Below, piece after piece: positions 22,522 through 36,517 of a DNA stretch of 64,000 nt. Within the stretch, counting starts at the first letter, position 1. Every line of letters starts with the position of its first letter. The notes below the pieces were generated by a model. That model was not told the DNA's origin. It was given only the letters and a program-made list of their open reading frames with translations, and searched no databases. The position numbers and the translations under genes are program-made. Source of the DNA: Fistulifera solaris (Eukaryota); assembly GCA_030295235.1 (NCBI GenBank), contig AP026139.1, positions 744,001 to 808,000 of the forward strand, given 5' to 3'.

Positions 22522-24917
22522 TTAGTATTTGTTCCAGAATGAAGTCGAATCATCTCGAGCTTTACTGCACACTTGCAAGATGACAACTTCATTCATCTTG
22601 GGGTGATGATCCTGCGTGACGCACAAACCCGGTTTCGTTACGGGCGATATTTCAAAACGATAATGATCGAAGCTACCACCGAGGGCAATAAAGCGTTGTT
22701 CCATTACTGTGGCATCGCACACAGCAAGTACAATGCCGTCCGACTCCACAGTTTGCAGACACAACTCCCAGTTGTAATTTTGGATTTGCGCGGATCCATC
22801 GTCGAAGCGGACAAGCGTCCACATTTCGGGCGAGATGTCACAATTGTAAACGGCTACATTGTTACCTGGAGTGCAACCGGAACGACATCCCATGCACCAT
22901 TTGCGTTCGTAAGATTCATATTGCCAGAAATAGCCTTCGAATGATTCAACGATCGAACAAGTCAGCATCAAAAAAAAGTGTGCAATCCCTCTGTCCTAGG
23001 CGGAGATACCGTACCTTTTCCCAGTATAACTTCAGCGCGAACGGCTCACTGTCGATAGCGGTGACACTTGTAGCGATGGCTTGGCTAGGATCTGGCTGCG
23101 GAAATGAGGCCGCAGTGAATTCCGTCTTGGACTCATTCTTGGTTTCAACAACTTCTTCTCCACCCCGTTTAGCATTAGCATTAGGATCAGGAATACAAAA
23201 GTCCATATTGGTCTCCCTTAACTCGTCCGACAAGATACAAAACGGCAAAGGGTCTCCTCGTTCTCGGTGGAAACAAATTAATCCATGGCCACATTGACTA
23301 TCATGGTCGCAGTCTGACTGACAAAGGCCGAGATGAGCACCATGGTAGTTAGAAACTAATTCAGCATCCTTTGGCTCGTGAGATGCTCCATCTCCGCTGC
23401 GTGCACGTGTCGGGTGCGATGTGGGACGAGGCCAATCAATGCTTCGCGGTCTCGTGGGATGCGGCGTCGGTCTTGACCAGTCGATACTTCGGGGTCTTGT
23501 GGGGTGATTCGTCGGACGGAAAATGATTGTCGGTAGAGCTACAGGGGACGACGGAGCGGGTGCGGACGGCGCTTGTACTGGCGTTGGCAAAAAAACCGGC
23601 ATAGTGACGGGGGCAGACGGCATGGTGACGGGTGAAGAAGGTGTAGGGACAGACACCGGCATAGTGACGGGAGTTGATGGTGCCTGGATCGGTGAAGGCA
23701 CCGGTACGGGCATTGTTACTGGTGCAGGGGGCGCGACGGGAGATGAAGGGATTTGGACTGGATTGGCGACAGGCACTGGCATTTGCACTGGAGTAGGAAC
23801 GGGGACGGCAATCGGGGATGGTACAGGGGGTCGCACAGGCGGTGGAACTGGGACCGTCGGAATGATCAAAGTGACTGGCGATCGTGTCGGCTGAAACGTT
23901 CTCGTCGGGCTACTTGTTGGTGCGAACGTAAAGGAGGGATCCGTGCAGAAATCAAAACTTGAAACCAGCAATTCAGCAGAAAGAATACATCCAGGAACTT
24001 CGTCTCCCTCACCGCGTTGATAGCAAATAAGACCTTCAGCGCAATTAGCATCAGAATCTGTGTTCAAAAAAGAAAATTTTATAAGACGACAAACCCAACT
24101 TTATTAGAAACGCCACACGAGCAACCTCATTTGACGTACCACAGTCACCTTGGCAAAGTCTTAGGTTGTTATTGACTCCGTTACCGATGAATTCGGCTTC
24201 TGTTAGCGTTGGAGCCTGAATACCTCTCGTGGGAAAAAGTGTTGGTGTCGCAACTGGAGAAGTCACGGGCATTGATCCATTCGGATCGTAGCAGAAATCA
24301 AAATCCGACGCCGCGAGATCTGGAGAAAGTCTACAGCCTGGAACTCCATCTCCCGCACTTCTTTGAAGGCAAACCAAACCACTAGCACAGTTCGCATCAG
24401 AGTCGCAATCTCCATGGCAACGCGAGAGGTCCGAATTGATACCATTTCCTACGTAAACAGCATCGATGTCACTCGAGATACCGGGTGTTGGTGCAGGGAC
24501 AGTGACCGGAGAGGTCACTGGAGTAGGTACACTCACAGGAGCAGGTATGCTTACAGGAGCGGGCACGCTGATAGGCGGATTAACGGGAGGAGATGGAACG
24601 GGTGGTCGTGGCACAATCTCTTCCACAATGTCATGATCGCCATCTAGGACGCAAAAGTTGACGGAAGAAAACAACAGCTCCAGCGATAAGGAACATCCTC
24701 TCACAATGTCACCAGGCTTTCGTGAGGAGCACGTCAATCCAGCTACGCAATCACTGTCGTCGATGCAGTGCCCCTGACAAGCGCCGAGAGGATAAGGAAG
24801 ATTTTCTCCAAGGAAAGTCGCAGGTAACTCTTCGAGTTCTCGTTTGCCTTTGCGCAATTGCGCGAACGCATACTCATTCGAAGTGAGGAGGAAGATCGAA
24901 AGAAAAGATCTTCTCAT
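22522..24917 (-). CDS. Frustulin-like protein 1 (4 ACR domains, Pro-rich linkers, Trp-rich C-terminal domain; 2 introns)
   Basis: Signal peptide, REL motif, CQGHC/CHGDCD/CQGDCD/CQSDCD repeats, FALKLYWE|GYFWQ. Confidence 0.88.
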
Positions 24918-27145
24918 GACTGATTCGGTGTATCGCTTCTTAATCAATCGTTTTGAATGTTGCGAAAGATCGTCTGTGATGCGAAAAATGATGGATGCTA
25001 TGAAAGAACAACCACATGGCAGTTTTCTTTTCGAATTGTGAGACGCCAAAGAAAACGGCCACAGAATCCTTTCCTAAGTATACAATTCTAGTTAGAGAAA
25101 TGTGTACCGGAAGATCAAATTTGAAGTTTTTAGCTTAATGTTTTGCGCACAAACACACAACACTCTTTGTACGACAGCCGGCCTTGTCCGTCATACGTCA
25201 CATAAGAAGAAGGCGTTTTATTCATAGACGATCAGAGAACCACTTGGTAATGCGAAGAAAACGGATTTCAACGACATCAAAAGAAACGAGGAAGAAATAA
25301 TGTGGAATAGTGAAACAAAAATGAGAAAATCTTCATGAATGAATCTACTCCGTAAAAGACATGTTCGTGATTGCAGACTGTTAATGACGATAACCACGCT
25401 CTCAAGCTATAACTGTGTGTTGCGAATGAATGTTGCGCCGGAATGTGTTGAATTGCAGAATGGCTAACCATCGTTTAGGACGGAACGAAACGAGCACTTT
25501 GAAAAAGATAAAAGTTGTTCTTCACTGAATTTTAATGGCTTGAAAGAAAAAGGACTCTTGAATTAGGCTTATAAGAGAATTCTGTCAGTAAAACGCTGCC
25601 TGGCAAAATAGCTATTCTCCACAGGTCTCTCAGCGCACCGAAACGATCTATGCTCAGTCCTAAACGTCGTCGTTAGCCAAAGCCAATTTTTCTTTGATAC
25701 GAACATGAAAGAAAGTCAAAATATGGAACAAGCTTCGAGAAGAGATATCTTTGGGACTCATAGAGTCGGCGCATTGGGTGTGCGTGATGTGACTTCGTTG
25801 AAATAAGTTCGCTCTCGAATACGTTTAGCGAAATGGATGATGACGTGCTTTCTCTCTATGTCAGACGAAGCGCTAGGAAGCTTGCCAGATGAAAACGACT
25901 GAGTATTCTGAAACTAAGTTTGAGCAATTTTGAATTCCCTTGGCAAAGGCATTCAAGAACAGCCAGTCTTTAAGCTACAATTATAAATAGTTTGGAGCAT
26001 TTACTATTTGCTTGACATTGAGGAAGTAAGCAGTCACACAATATGTGTCGTCAATTATTGGACTAAATGCAACAGCGTTCGGCTTGAAGACGATAATGCT
26101 TCAAAGTCGCAGTTTTCGATACCGCCAATATCTCTTAGGAGGATCTGAAAAGTAAGGGCGTTCCGATACTAGATGTCTTGATTACTTTGAAGCGACCATA
26201 GTTCTGTTCATGAGCACAAGTTATTCCTCGTAGCACTTATTAGTCACAAGGATCTCAATTGCAAACATACATTACTTGGAAAGAATGGAATACTGCCACG
26301 CCACATGAATAATATTGTGGAACGAACAAATACAATCCACGCGAGGAGAATCCCCGAAGCGATTTGCAGTGGGATCGTTGGTCAAGCGAATCATCTCCGA
26401 CGGAAGTAATCAGTATCAACGACAACGTCTGGCGGAAATCTGACGGACAAGCTGATGATGCTTTCAACAAAAACTCAATGCATTTTCCATCGAAGTATGG
26501 ATGCGTCTTTCGAGGGCATATTACAACCCCCGAAAGTAGGGCCTCTCGCAAAACATTCCGGTAACCTCAACCAATCGCTCTGCAAGGCACCTTGAGTTTA
26601 AATCCACGACAAATCATATCGGCACTGTCAACGCAGCAAACCGAAAGTACCCCGACAAGTTAAGCAATACGCGCATGATCATATCAGCAATACAAAAGAT
26701 TCTTCCCCATGCGAAAAATAACGTCGACTGGAACTCGCGGTGGTCATCAAAACCAAGCAAAGCAGAACGAAGCCTTCAGCCCAAGAGGAAAATGCTAACA
26801 ATTATGTCAAGCAATCATATTCTCATCTTGCCTCGCATCGGGATTTCTTGACAACCCAAAAAACGGTGAATCTGGTGAGAGAAAAAATACTCATGATCGA
26901 AAAGGTTGCAAACTTTTTTTGACAGTAAGGCCGCCTAAGATTGTTTCGTTGCTATTCATTCGTTGCAAATGCTTGTGATTCGGTCTACTTGTACAAGGTT
27001 TTGCAGCTCATCATGCTGCCTCTGCCCTCTGCTCATCAAACGTTATACGGAGTAATATTATTTCCACTTTCGGATACCCATCGGACCGGTTCTAATGATA
27101 ATTAAAAGATAATGCTCGTGACTGACTGGTTATCTATTTCTGTGA

Positions 27146-27222
27146 GAGACACGGGAACGCACCTCTGCTTTGTACATTTCTCTACGGGGGCCTACGTGAA
27201 TGTACACTTTTTCCCGCACCTT
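27146..27222 (-). repeat. Dispersed element B, copy 2
   Basis: Reverse complement of 15466-15543 with few differences. Confidence 0.85.
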
Positions 27223-27418
27223 CGTTAGCGTCCAAAGATGGTTCAGTCGCGGAAGAAACGAACTATCCAACATCTTGTACCTACGTCACACTTGATGCCA
27301 AGTTCCGCCAAACTTCCCCCTTGATTCCCTTGATACCAGGTACTCCCTACATAGATGATACCACGTTTTGCTTTTAACACAGAATCCTTTCAACGTCTTT
27401 GACGGCGATCGTGCCAGG

Positions 27419-28910
27419 ATGCAACCCATTGTTTTTTCTTTCTTCTCAGCATCATCCTCATTGCAACGCATCACGCTTCATTATTAAGGCTTCGTTGTTG
27501 CTAGTGGTATCATCATCATGTGGAGAAGAGGGATTGTGAATCTCTTGAGTGGTCTTTTGGGTACTATCAATCCTCCGGCGGTCGTGATTCCCCGAAGTCG
27601 AGATGTGTTGAGTCGCTGTCAAGGCGATTGCATGCAATTTGACTGCGCGGAAGAATTGCAATGTCATGTACGTCAGGCAGGAGACTTTGTTCCTGGTTGT
27701 GTTCTTACAAATGAACTGTTGCAATCGGACTATGCGTTCTGTGTTGCTGTGAGGGGAGACACAGAAGAAGGCGACGACGATACTACAGAAGAAACGTTTG
27801 AGCCTGTCGAGGAAGGATCGGATAATCCGAGCGATGTTCCGAGCGATATGCCTTCTGACTTCCCTACTTCAACCCCCACTCCCGCTCCGACTCGAGTAGC
27901 TACACAAGCTCCTACGACAGCCGGTACATCGACATCTACTTCCGGCTCCTTCACACCCGCTCCCACCGTTCCTCGAATCGGTTTCACTGCGGCCCCCTCA
28001 GTTCCGCAGATCGTGACGCCGACAGCATTATTGGGCGTTTGTCAGGGAGGATGCTTCGTCGATACTGATTGTGAGCCAGGTTTAATATGTTATCAGCGTA
28101 CGACCAACAGAGGCGTCCCTTATTGTGTCTTGTTTCAAGAACAAACCGATCGACGTGACAATTACTGCATTCCGGATCCCAACGTTCCTTCCGATGTGCA
28201 ATATGGAGGTGTCTTGGCTACTACCGGAATCGCTGGACAGCTCACGGAATGCCAAGCGGACTGCAGTACCGATTTGGATTGCATGGGCGACTTAGTGTGT
28301 TACCAAAGAGCCGCTTCAGATGGCGCCCCTGGCTGTAGCCTGGATCCGAACATGCTGGCGAGTGAAGCAGATATTTGTCTCAAAAATCCGACTGCTGGTC
28401 GACAAAACAACATTCCAACCGACACGAGTGTGTTTGCCCTCAAAATGTTTTTGGGAAGAGGGATTTGAGTGGCAATTTGAAAGCTTTGAACGACTGTTTT
28501 GTTTAAATTGCTTTGGAAACTGTGAGGCCGATGGTCAATTGTCGGTAACAAACTGCTTTGATTTGCCACGGATGTGGACTTTGGCGTCACAATCGACTGA
28601 TGGATCGGCTTTGATCAAGTTAAAGGACTATGACTTGTGCATGGAATGGAATGAAACATTCGTATCTCCGCCAGCTGCAACGTATTTGCAACCCTGCAAC
28701 GAGAGCAACAATGCACAACGATTCTGGCCGTCCGAAGGAGGATCGTTTGCGGATAGCCGATTTGAAATTTCGCCACGGACCCGGAGAGGGATGTGTTTGA
28801 CACAAGAACACCACCCGATGACGAATGAAGTTGTTTACTTTGACTACTGTATTCGGCCGCAATTATCTGATACTTCGCTGTGGAATAAATACTTTCCGAC
28901 TCAAGCGTAA
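27419..28910 (+). CDS. Frustulin-like protein 2 (3 ACR domains; inverted, divergent; frameshifts; start approximate)
   Basis: CQGDC, CQGGC and CQADC repeats; PSDVPSDMPSD linker; FALKM-FWEEGFEWQ...SLWNKY. Confidence 0.82.
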
Positions 28911-29261
28911 GCAGCCTCTCGGTGCAATTCTTGAATCTTCATGCGTGGACGGATCGCAGTGGCTTCTCTGGAACACCTCCTGGTCTATCCGGCGCGTCAA
29001 ATAGTGAATGAGCAACAATGGAGCTAAGATTAAGTGTTGAGTGATAGGCCTAGGTCGTTAGGAGAAAGAAAAGCTACGTGTCTTTTCACACTTTTCCGAG
29101 CGCGCGAGTAGGATGGTCTCGCAACAACGCTTTTTCTAGTGTTTTAAAGAGAAGCAATGAACGACTTATTTATTCACAAAACATGAACGATTGTTGTGAT
29201 TCATTATTGAATTGATGTTTTTTTAAAAGAATAAGTCTACCCGAGTCTTGCCGCTTCCGGA

Positions 29262-30255
29262 CTAAACTTTGTTCCAGTACGACGTAGTACTTCTTCGAGC
29301 GGTGGTACACGGTTCTATGTTTACAAACTCATCGGTCTTAGGATGGTGGCGCTGGGTCATGCACCAGCCTTGGCGTTGCTTTGGTTGAATCTCGAAACGG
29401 CTATCACTGAAACTTCCACCGACCGCCGTAAAGCGCTGCAACTGATTTTGGCTATCACACCGCTCAAGCTCCAAGTCCCTTCCTGAATTTTTCTGAATAC
29501 AGACACCTCTGTTAGCAACCTTTATTTGAACTTCATTAGGTCCATGCGATACAAATTCCCACTGGGTCGGCGAATCAGCGCAGTCATAGATAACAATCTC
29601 ATCTTTTATATGACAATTCTCTTGGCAGTTCAAGCACCATTTACGTTCAATTATCTCTTCCTGCCAAAAATACCCTTGATAGCAACAGCATGAGTAAGAA
29701 ATGTATGGAAAAGCCGATAACACTCGCATACGACTTACCTGGTTCCCAATACAATTTTAACGCAAATGTGTCCCTATTGGTCGGTGGTGTTGCATCATCT
29801 TTGACACAAAAATCGTAATCGGAGCTAAAGAGCTTGCTGTCCAAATCACAGCCCGGCGCACGTTGACCTCTGCTACGTTGATGGCATCGTAACCCTTCAG
29901 CACAGTCATCATCACTATCGCAATCACCTTGGCAAAGGCCTAGATTACTCACGTCGTTGTTGCCGACATAGGTAGCTTTTGTAAGACGTGCCGATGCTGC
30001 AACACAAAAGTCAAAGGGGGAGTTTTGTTGCTGCGTGGTGAGTGTGCATCCTGGGGCTGCTTCGCCTATCTTTCGTTCCCAACAAATGAGACCGGATTGA
30101 CAATCCGCATCGGTGTTGCAGTCGCTTTGACAAAGACCGAGACTTCCATTCTTTACCTGTAAGCGACGTCGCAATCGATGAATCGGACCCTCGTTATCTC
30201 TGGCAAGCGCGACAGATACGAATAGTGTTGGCAAAGTGATGATGTGATATTTCAT
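29262..30255 (-). CDS. Frustulin-like protein 3 (2 ACR domains; 1 intron)
   Basis: Signal peptide, RRLQ, CQSDCN, CQGDCD, Trp-rich domain. Confidence 0.9.
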
Positions 30256-32818
30256 GATTCTTTGCTAGGCGATCGTATTCGTTTTTTTTATGAAGAAAGG
30301 TGATAGCTCACAATTTCGTCGTCGCGACGCGAAGCTCATGAGGCACGTTTGAAGTCTTTTTTTTGCACGATTTGTGAAATCAAGTTTTTTATGTGGCGAG
30401 CTGGCGTCACTTTGTGCCATTAAGTGCCTACAAAAGCAACAATTTTGAAACGACTCGTTTTCGGGAGCTTTTACAAATTATACATAAAACGATTTCCGTG
30501 GGCAATAGCAACACGCGGTCAAAAGCATGAATTTTTAAAAAAGAACCATCAAATACCAGTTTTTACTTGATAATCTTGCATCAATTTATTCGTTTTGACT
30601 TGTATTTTCCCAACTGCTTCCGACTTCCGAGCAACGTTTTAAATAAATTTTATAGTTAGAGAACACGAATAAAGGGGAATTCAAACCGCGACTCGGCTTA
30701 AGCCAGGTACGTACAAAGTAGTAAGTACCAGGCACTGGGAATAGTCTTCAATTAGTCCCACTACGTAAACCATGACGATGGGTAACGAGTGACTCGCGAT
30801 CCGCGACCCGCGATCCTGCGTTTTGTTGTTGAACGCGATTGATTGATGCGAGAGATCGGGAAATGCGCATGCTATCTCCGTTTTCGTCACTGTCGTGTTT
30901 CATGCACAAATAAGAATTACAACAAGTAGTAACTCAAACAAAACATAACAAAACAAAAACAAAACAAAAGCTCACGATATGACGATAAACTTCTTGGCAG
31001 AAGTCAGCCGAAGCAGAGAACGTTTCTCACTCCTACGGGTCGCTTCACGCTCGAATTGCATGAGCTCTATATTCGATTGAAGGGACCGAAGTACATTCGC
31101 GCTATCAGCTACATTGACACCAAGGAACTCTTTTGCTTGCCCATTCCCAATGAAAGCACCTTCGCCTTGTCATTGGACTGAAAAGTCCTGTTCCGTGAGA
31201 TGTAAACTACTATCACAATCTGTTTTCATAAATCCCGACAACGAAGGGCAAGATGTTTGATGATGTGCGATGCCGTCTTCAAAGAACCACCGCGAGGACA
31301 CACTCAACTTGTACATGTGTCAATCTTAGTCGAATCTTACTCCCTATACGTTTACTATCATCTCGGGTAGAGATTTTACAGTGACAACTGAGTTTGAAAG
31401 ATTGAAGAAGGGGCCTGGGTCGAATGTGCTTTCGATGCCCAGGAAGGGCTCTTGTATCCACATCAAGGGCAATTTATCTTTCATCAAGAACCTTCTGTAT
31501 TGATTGCCTTTGCGGATATTCAAATCATCGACTTCCACAGTCATGCGGATAATTACGGCAGCAATCGCAAGATCATTGGGTTCGTGTGTATGAAGGCTTA
31601 CGATTAAGGTACAAAGGAATTCAGCTTTTCCGGAATCGATTGGTCCTACTATGACCGTCTTTATGAGTTCTTAAGTGGACGTCAACAGTTGACGGGAAAG
31701 TTGCAATAAAGTCAGCCCGGAGACGATGTTGAGGGAAGGGAACTTCGAAGCGGACGAGGAATCATCCGACTTTGAAGCGGACGAGGAAGAATCGGTCTCT
31801 GAAGTAGTCGAGGAAGAACCTTTCTTTGAAGTGGTCTGGGCAATGGGCATGAATCGCGAAAAACAATCAAGCGTGGCTACAAAGAAGGAGAAAGCATTCA
31901 AACGAATTCTCGACTGAAACGATAAACAGGCTGGTGATGCGCGATTGGGGGCAAACAATTGAAACGCGAGCACACTCAGGCGGAATCGGCCTTGCACGCT
32001 TTGGTAAAGCATTCGATTCGGGCTGCCGCGCCCGTCGGCGTTTTCAATGTTGAAGCATCGGAAGGATCGCGCTATGCGGCAGTAATGATCTCGTTTCTGA
32101 TTTGGATCCTCATCGAGAACAGATAATTTCGCCAACGGCTCATGACAAAACGATATAGTTGCGCCTAAAGCTGGTTGTTCAGAGCCAGCAAACCGTGGCC
32201 GTCAAGGGTTTCAGACACTGGCCCCAGAAGTGGCGACACACGACACTCAAGTCGCAAACTCGGATTCCTCGCGGCAAATGAGCAGAGATCCAATCGACGC
32301 AACCAGCAGTGCAGATGGTCAACAACACGACCTCAATCATGAGCGATATGAGAAGCATGAGTAGTAGACATCATTCAAGTGAGAAAATACTCGGTGTATT
32401 CTCCGTTGCTGGGTTCCTGGCTTACTTACGTTCTTTTGATTTGCTCTTTTGTTTTTGATCACGTGGTCGTTTGTTTTTGAGCATAGCAGCGTATAAGTTT
32501 TCTCTGAAATGGAGCACTGTTTGGAAATCATAACTCAATGTTTGAGTGGTCGATTGTTTCTTGCAATTGACATTGCTCTATGCGGCCGACTTGGTTGAAG
32601 GCTGTTACAGCTCGTATAGGTTCATTCAAATTGAATATCCACGTAGCTAAACACACAGACACTTCACAATTCTTTTACCAGTATAAGGCATAATCCCTAG
32701 TTTTAAGTAACTTGGAGACCATTTTTAAGTAAGGCATAACTCAAGAGAGATATCTTTAGACGTTCGACCGCCAAATGCAACGCTGCATTCAAGATTCTAG
32801 CACAAACAAGTCCCGCGC

Positions 32819-33695
32819 CTAGTATTTGTTCCAATACGAAGTATCACTTCTACGAGCAGTAGTGCATGGCTCAATGTTCACAGCCTCATTGGTACGAGGG
32901 TGGTGTCTCTGTGTCATGCACCATCCACGGCGCTGTTTCGGAGATACTTCAAAACGTCTGTCGTTAAAGCTACCACCGTTGGCAATGAAGCGCTGTTTTT
33001 GATTCGAACTATCGCAATTCTCGAGCTCCAAGTCGTTTCCGGCCTTTTCTTGGATGCAGACATCTCGATTGGCGACCTTGATCTGTACTTCATTCGGACC
33101 ACGCGAGACGAATTGCCACTGCGTCGGCGAGTCGGCACAATCATAAATGGCGATTTCACTGCCCGCATTGCACCCTCCCTTGCAATTCAAGCACCATTTG
33201 CGCTCCTTTTTCTCTTCTTGCCAATAGTAATCTAACAGGAATCAGTGAGCATCTCCAGCGCATACAAGGTCGCGATGTACACGGTTGCTTCTTACCTGAT
33301 TGCCAATACATTTTCAACGCAAAGGAGTTTCCACCCCCACCGCCACCGCCGCCCCCCGTTGGTGGCGAACGCACAGGGGCTGCAACCGGGGCAGGATTCG
33401 GCGAACCTCCTCGTGCTGCCACGCAGAAATCCGCCCTGGATTTGCGCTGGTTGCTCGTTAGAGTGCAACCAGGAGCGCTGTCTCCAGCATTTCTCTGGTG
33501 ACAAACGAGATCTCCGCGACAAGAAGCATCATTCGAGCAGTCTCCTTCACACAAACCAAGGTCACTCGTTTTGCTGACTATCTTGGCGGCGGTCTGCAAT
33601 TTTCGTAGAAACTGCTGCAAGTTTGTTTCCTCGTCAGTGGCTAACGCAAAAGCCAAGAGAGACGAAAGAAGGAGGTTTTTCAGAAGGAGTTTCAT
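32819..33695 (-). CDS. Frustulin-like protein 4 (1 ACR domain, poly-Gly; 1 intron)
   Basis: RKLQ, CEGDCS, run of nine Gly, FALKMYWQ. Confidence 0.9.
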
Positions 33696-34318
33696 GACAA
33701 CGTGAATTACAAAAGAGAAACTATCGGAACAAACGACAGCCAGTCTAATTTATGGCGGCATGGATATAACAACAAGATTTTTGCCTTTCGAGTTCCGGAG
33801 TCATATTTTCGACTTTTGGATATCGCCTACCTGCTACCGCCTTCGTTTTCACAAATAATTGTCGCAGTCACGTGGACACGACAGGAACCATAAGTAGAGT
33901 GAAATTTCAAATCTCTCCGTTGGTTCACTGCAACGGAGATTGCATAGATGCTAGATATTCTTTGCTTCACACAAATTCGTTAACTAATTGAAAGTCTCAT
34001 GCCTTATTTAAGCAGCTCTTTCGTCCGCGATTCAGTGCGCGCCCGCCCCACCAGCGAACTATTATTGCCACCTCATTTTTTACAACCCCAGCGTTACTGG
34101 TACCTGGTAAAATGTAAAATCGACAGAAATAAAAAAGCAAGCCAAGTTGCCGAGGAAGCGGCTGGGAAACCAGTGTTTGATGAATTACGAGGTCACGCCT
34201 TTGCATAACTTTATTTTTAACCCAAAGTTCATAGTATTAAATCATTTTTCAGCTTAAAAACACAACATCACTGCTTATCGGCGCTTCAACACAATTGATT
34301 AGATCAAACACAAATCAC

Positions 34319-35599
34319 CTAATACTTGTTCCAGTAAGAGGTGTTGCTACCGTCTCTACGTGCCGTAACGCATGGTTCAACATTCACTGACTCGTTCGCT
34401 CGAGGATGATGACGTTGGGTCATACACCAGCCCTGACGTAGCTTCGGTGAGACTTCAAACTTTAGGTCATTGAAGCTTCCACCAAACGCGACGAAACGTT
34501 GGTTCTGATTGTTACTGTCGCATTCGGCTAATTCCAAGTCGTTTCCAGGAAATTCTTCAATGCATACATTCAGATTCGCGACCTTAATTTGCACTTCATT
34601 TGGCCCGTGTGACACGAATTCCCATCGGTCTGGAGATCCTTCGCACTCGGTGATGGAAATCTCATTTCCAGGGCGGCAACTTCCAGAGCACTCCAAGCAC
34701 CATTTTCGCTCAAAAGGCTCATTCTGCCAGTAATAATCTGAATAAAAGAAAGCAAATAAACAAATGAGACATCACATGTAAAGCAATACAACTTCCGTAG
34801 ATTCATTTGTCTTACAAGGTTCCCAGTGCATCTTTAGCAAAAACGAACTTCCCGTGGGAGTAGGCCGCACTGGGGAAGACACCGGCGCGCGTACTGGAGC
34901 CGGAACTGGAGGAGTGGGACTACCACCCGATGCAACGCACAAATCATAGTCGGAATCGAGCATGCTTTGACTGAAAGTACATCCCGGTGCGGTTTGGCCC
35001 CTATTGCGCTGATGACAACGCAAGCCAGGAGCGCAGTCGGCGTCACTATTGCGCGATGATGAGGGGAAGAGAGCGGCAGATGGGATAATTGAGAAAAAGG
35101 GAGATAAACTCATTCTTTTCCATTCAACGAGCACTTACCTGTCGCAATCGCCTTGGCAGGCACCTAGATTGCTAACGTTATTATTTCCTACGTAGGTGGC
35201 TCTCGGGCCTCCAGTAGGAACCTGGACAGGGGGCCGGACAGGAGTAGGGGCCCGAACTGGAGTAGCAATCGGGGTGGGTGCTCGAACAGGTGCGGCGACC
35301 GGTGTCGGCCCTCCTGGGCGAACAATGCAAAAATCGGCTCGACTGTTGCGTAGGCTATTCGACAAAGAGCATCCAGGAACAGAATCACCGGCGTTTCTTT
35401 GGAAGCAAACCAATCCGGAACGACAGTCAGCATTGGTGGAGCAGTCGCCTTCGCAACGACCAAAGTTTCCGTTCCGATTGACGATACGAGCAGCCACTTG
35501 AAGATGCCGACGAACTTTCTGCAAAGGCGTTTCTTTTTCCCTGGCGAGCGCCATAGCGAGCAGAAGCATCGTCACAAAGGTCTTGACAAGATATCTCAT
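34319..35599 (-). CDS. Frustulin-like protein 5 (2 ACR domains; 2 introns)
   Basis: RHLQ, CEGDCS, CQGDCD, PVRAP repeats, Trp-rich domain. Confidence 0.9.
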
Positions 35600-36517
35600 G
35601 GTTGACTTGTCTTTGAAGAAATGATGTCAAGCTATGAAGAAAGGAGAAATAATGATCGCTGAATCTACTCGCTCCTCTTTTTTGTTTTGTTTACAAGTGC
35701 CTTTTGTCATTTGCATGCAGTATACAGCTGCGAGCTGCGAGGTCGGGAAGGGGTACTTGTAAAGGAAAGGGTGCAACCTTTGATACCCTAGAAGTTGTCG
35801 TAGACGACACTTCTTGGTGTTGGTTGCTCTACTTTAAGGCTCTAAACACTGCCCATCGCCCATCGACTATTTTTGTGCAATCCACGTACAAAAGCCCCGG
35901 GTCCAGGCCTGATATTCTATTTTCTATTAGTGACTCTGGGCCTAATTTGCTACTAAAAACGCAATACCGCAAAAAGCTGCCGTCAAAGAAATCGCACAAA
36001 TAATTGATACTAATATTTATTCCGTTTCGTTCAACAGCTGTTAAAAAACGTATAGTCTTCGCAACTGTTGCGAAAATTTCAATCTGATACAAAAATGTGC
36101 GTTGTGAGAAGTGTTGTTATTAAATGTTAAATGATAAGAAAAAACACGTGGTATCGGCCATTGACCACGTGACTCAATGAGTGTTTACAGTAGTGACTGG
36201 CGAAGTACGAATAAATACAGTACGCGTCTGGCCATCACTCGTTATCCACATTTCATACAAAGCTTTGGGAACTGATGTGACTATATAACGATTAATTTTA
36301 CTTAAAGACTGGGTACCGAAGTAGTCACACACGTTTTTCAACAACCCGTACTGCCCAAGCGCGAGGCGTGTAATAACCACTACCCCTAATGAAATAAGAC
36401 CAACAAACCGAGCGTGTCGCTTTATTTCCACTTTTGCTGCGACGATCTGATTGAGAAGCAAATTAACTCATTGCTTTACAACATACCTCTTCCACGAATC
36501 TACTAGTTCTATTACAA

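Noticed and set aside
23523..23894. Gly/Thr-rich plus-strand ORF and similar antisense ORFs
   Set aside because: Shadow frames of Pro-rich coding sequence on the opposite strand
25050..27100. Hidden gene in the long spacer between frustulin-like genes 1 and 2
   Set aside because: No convincing ORF or motif; treated as divergent intergenic DNA
30950..32150. Gene or transposon remnant inside the frustulin cluster
   Set aside because: Only short ORF fragments with no recognisable motif or termini
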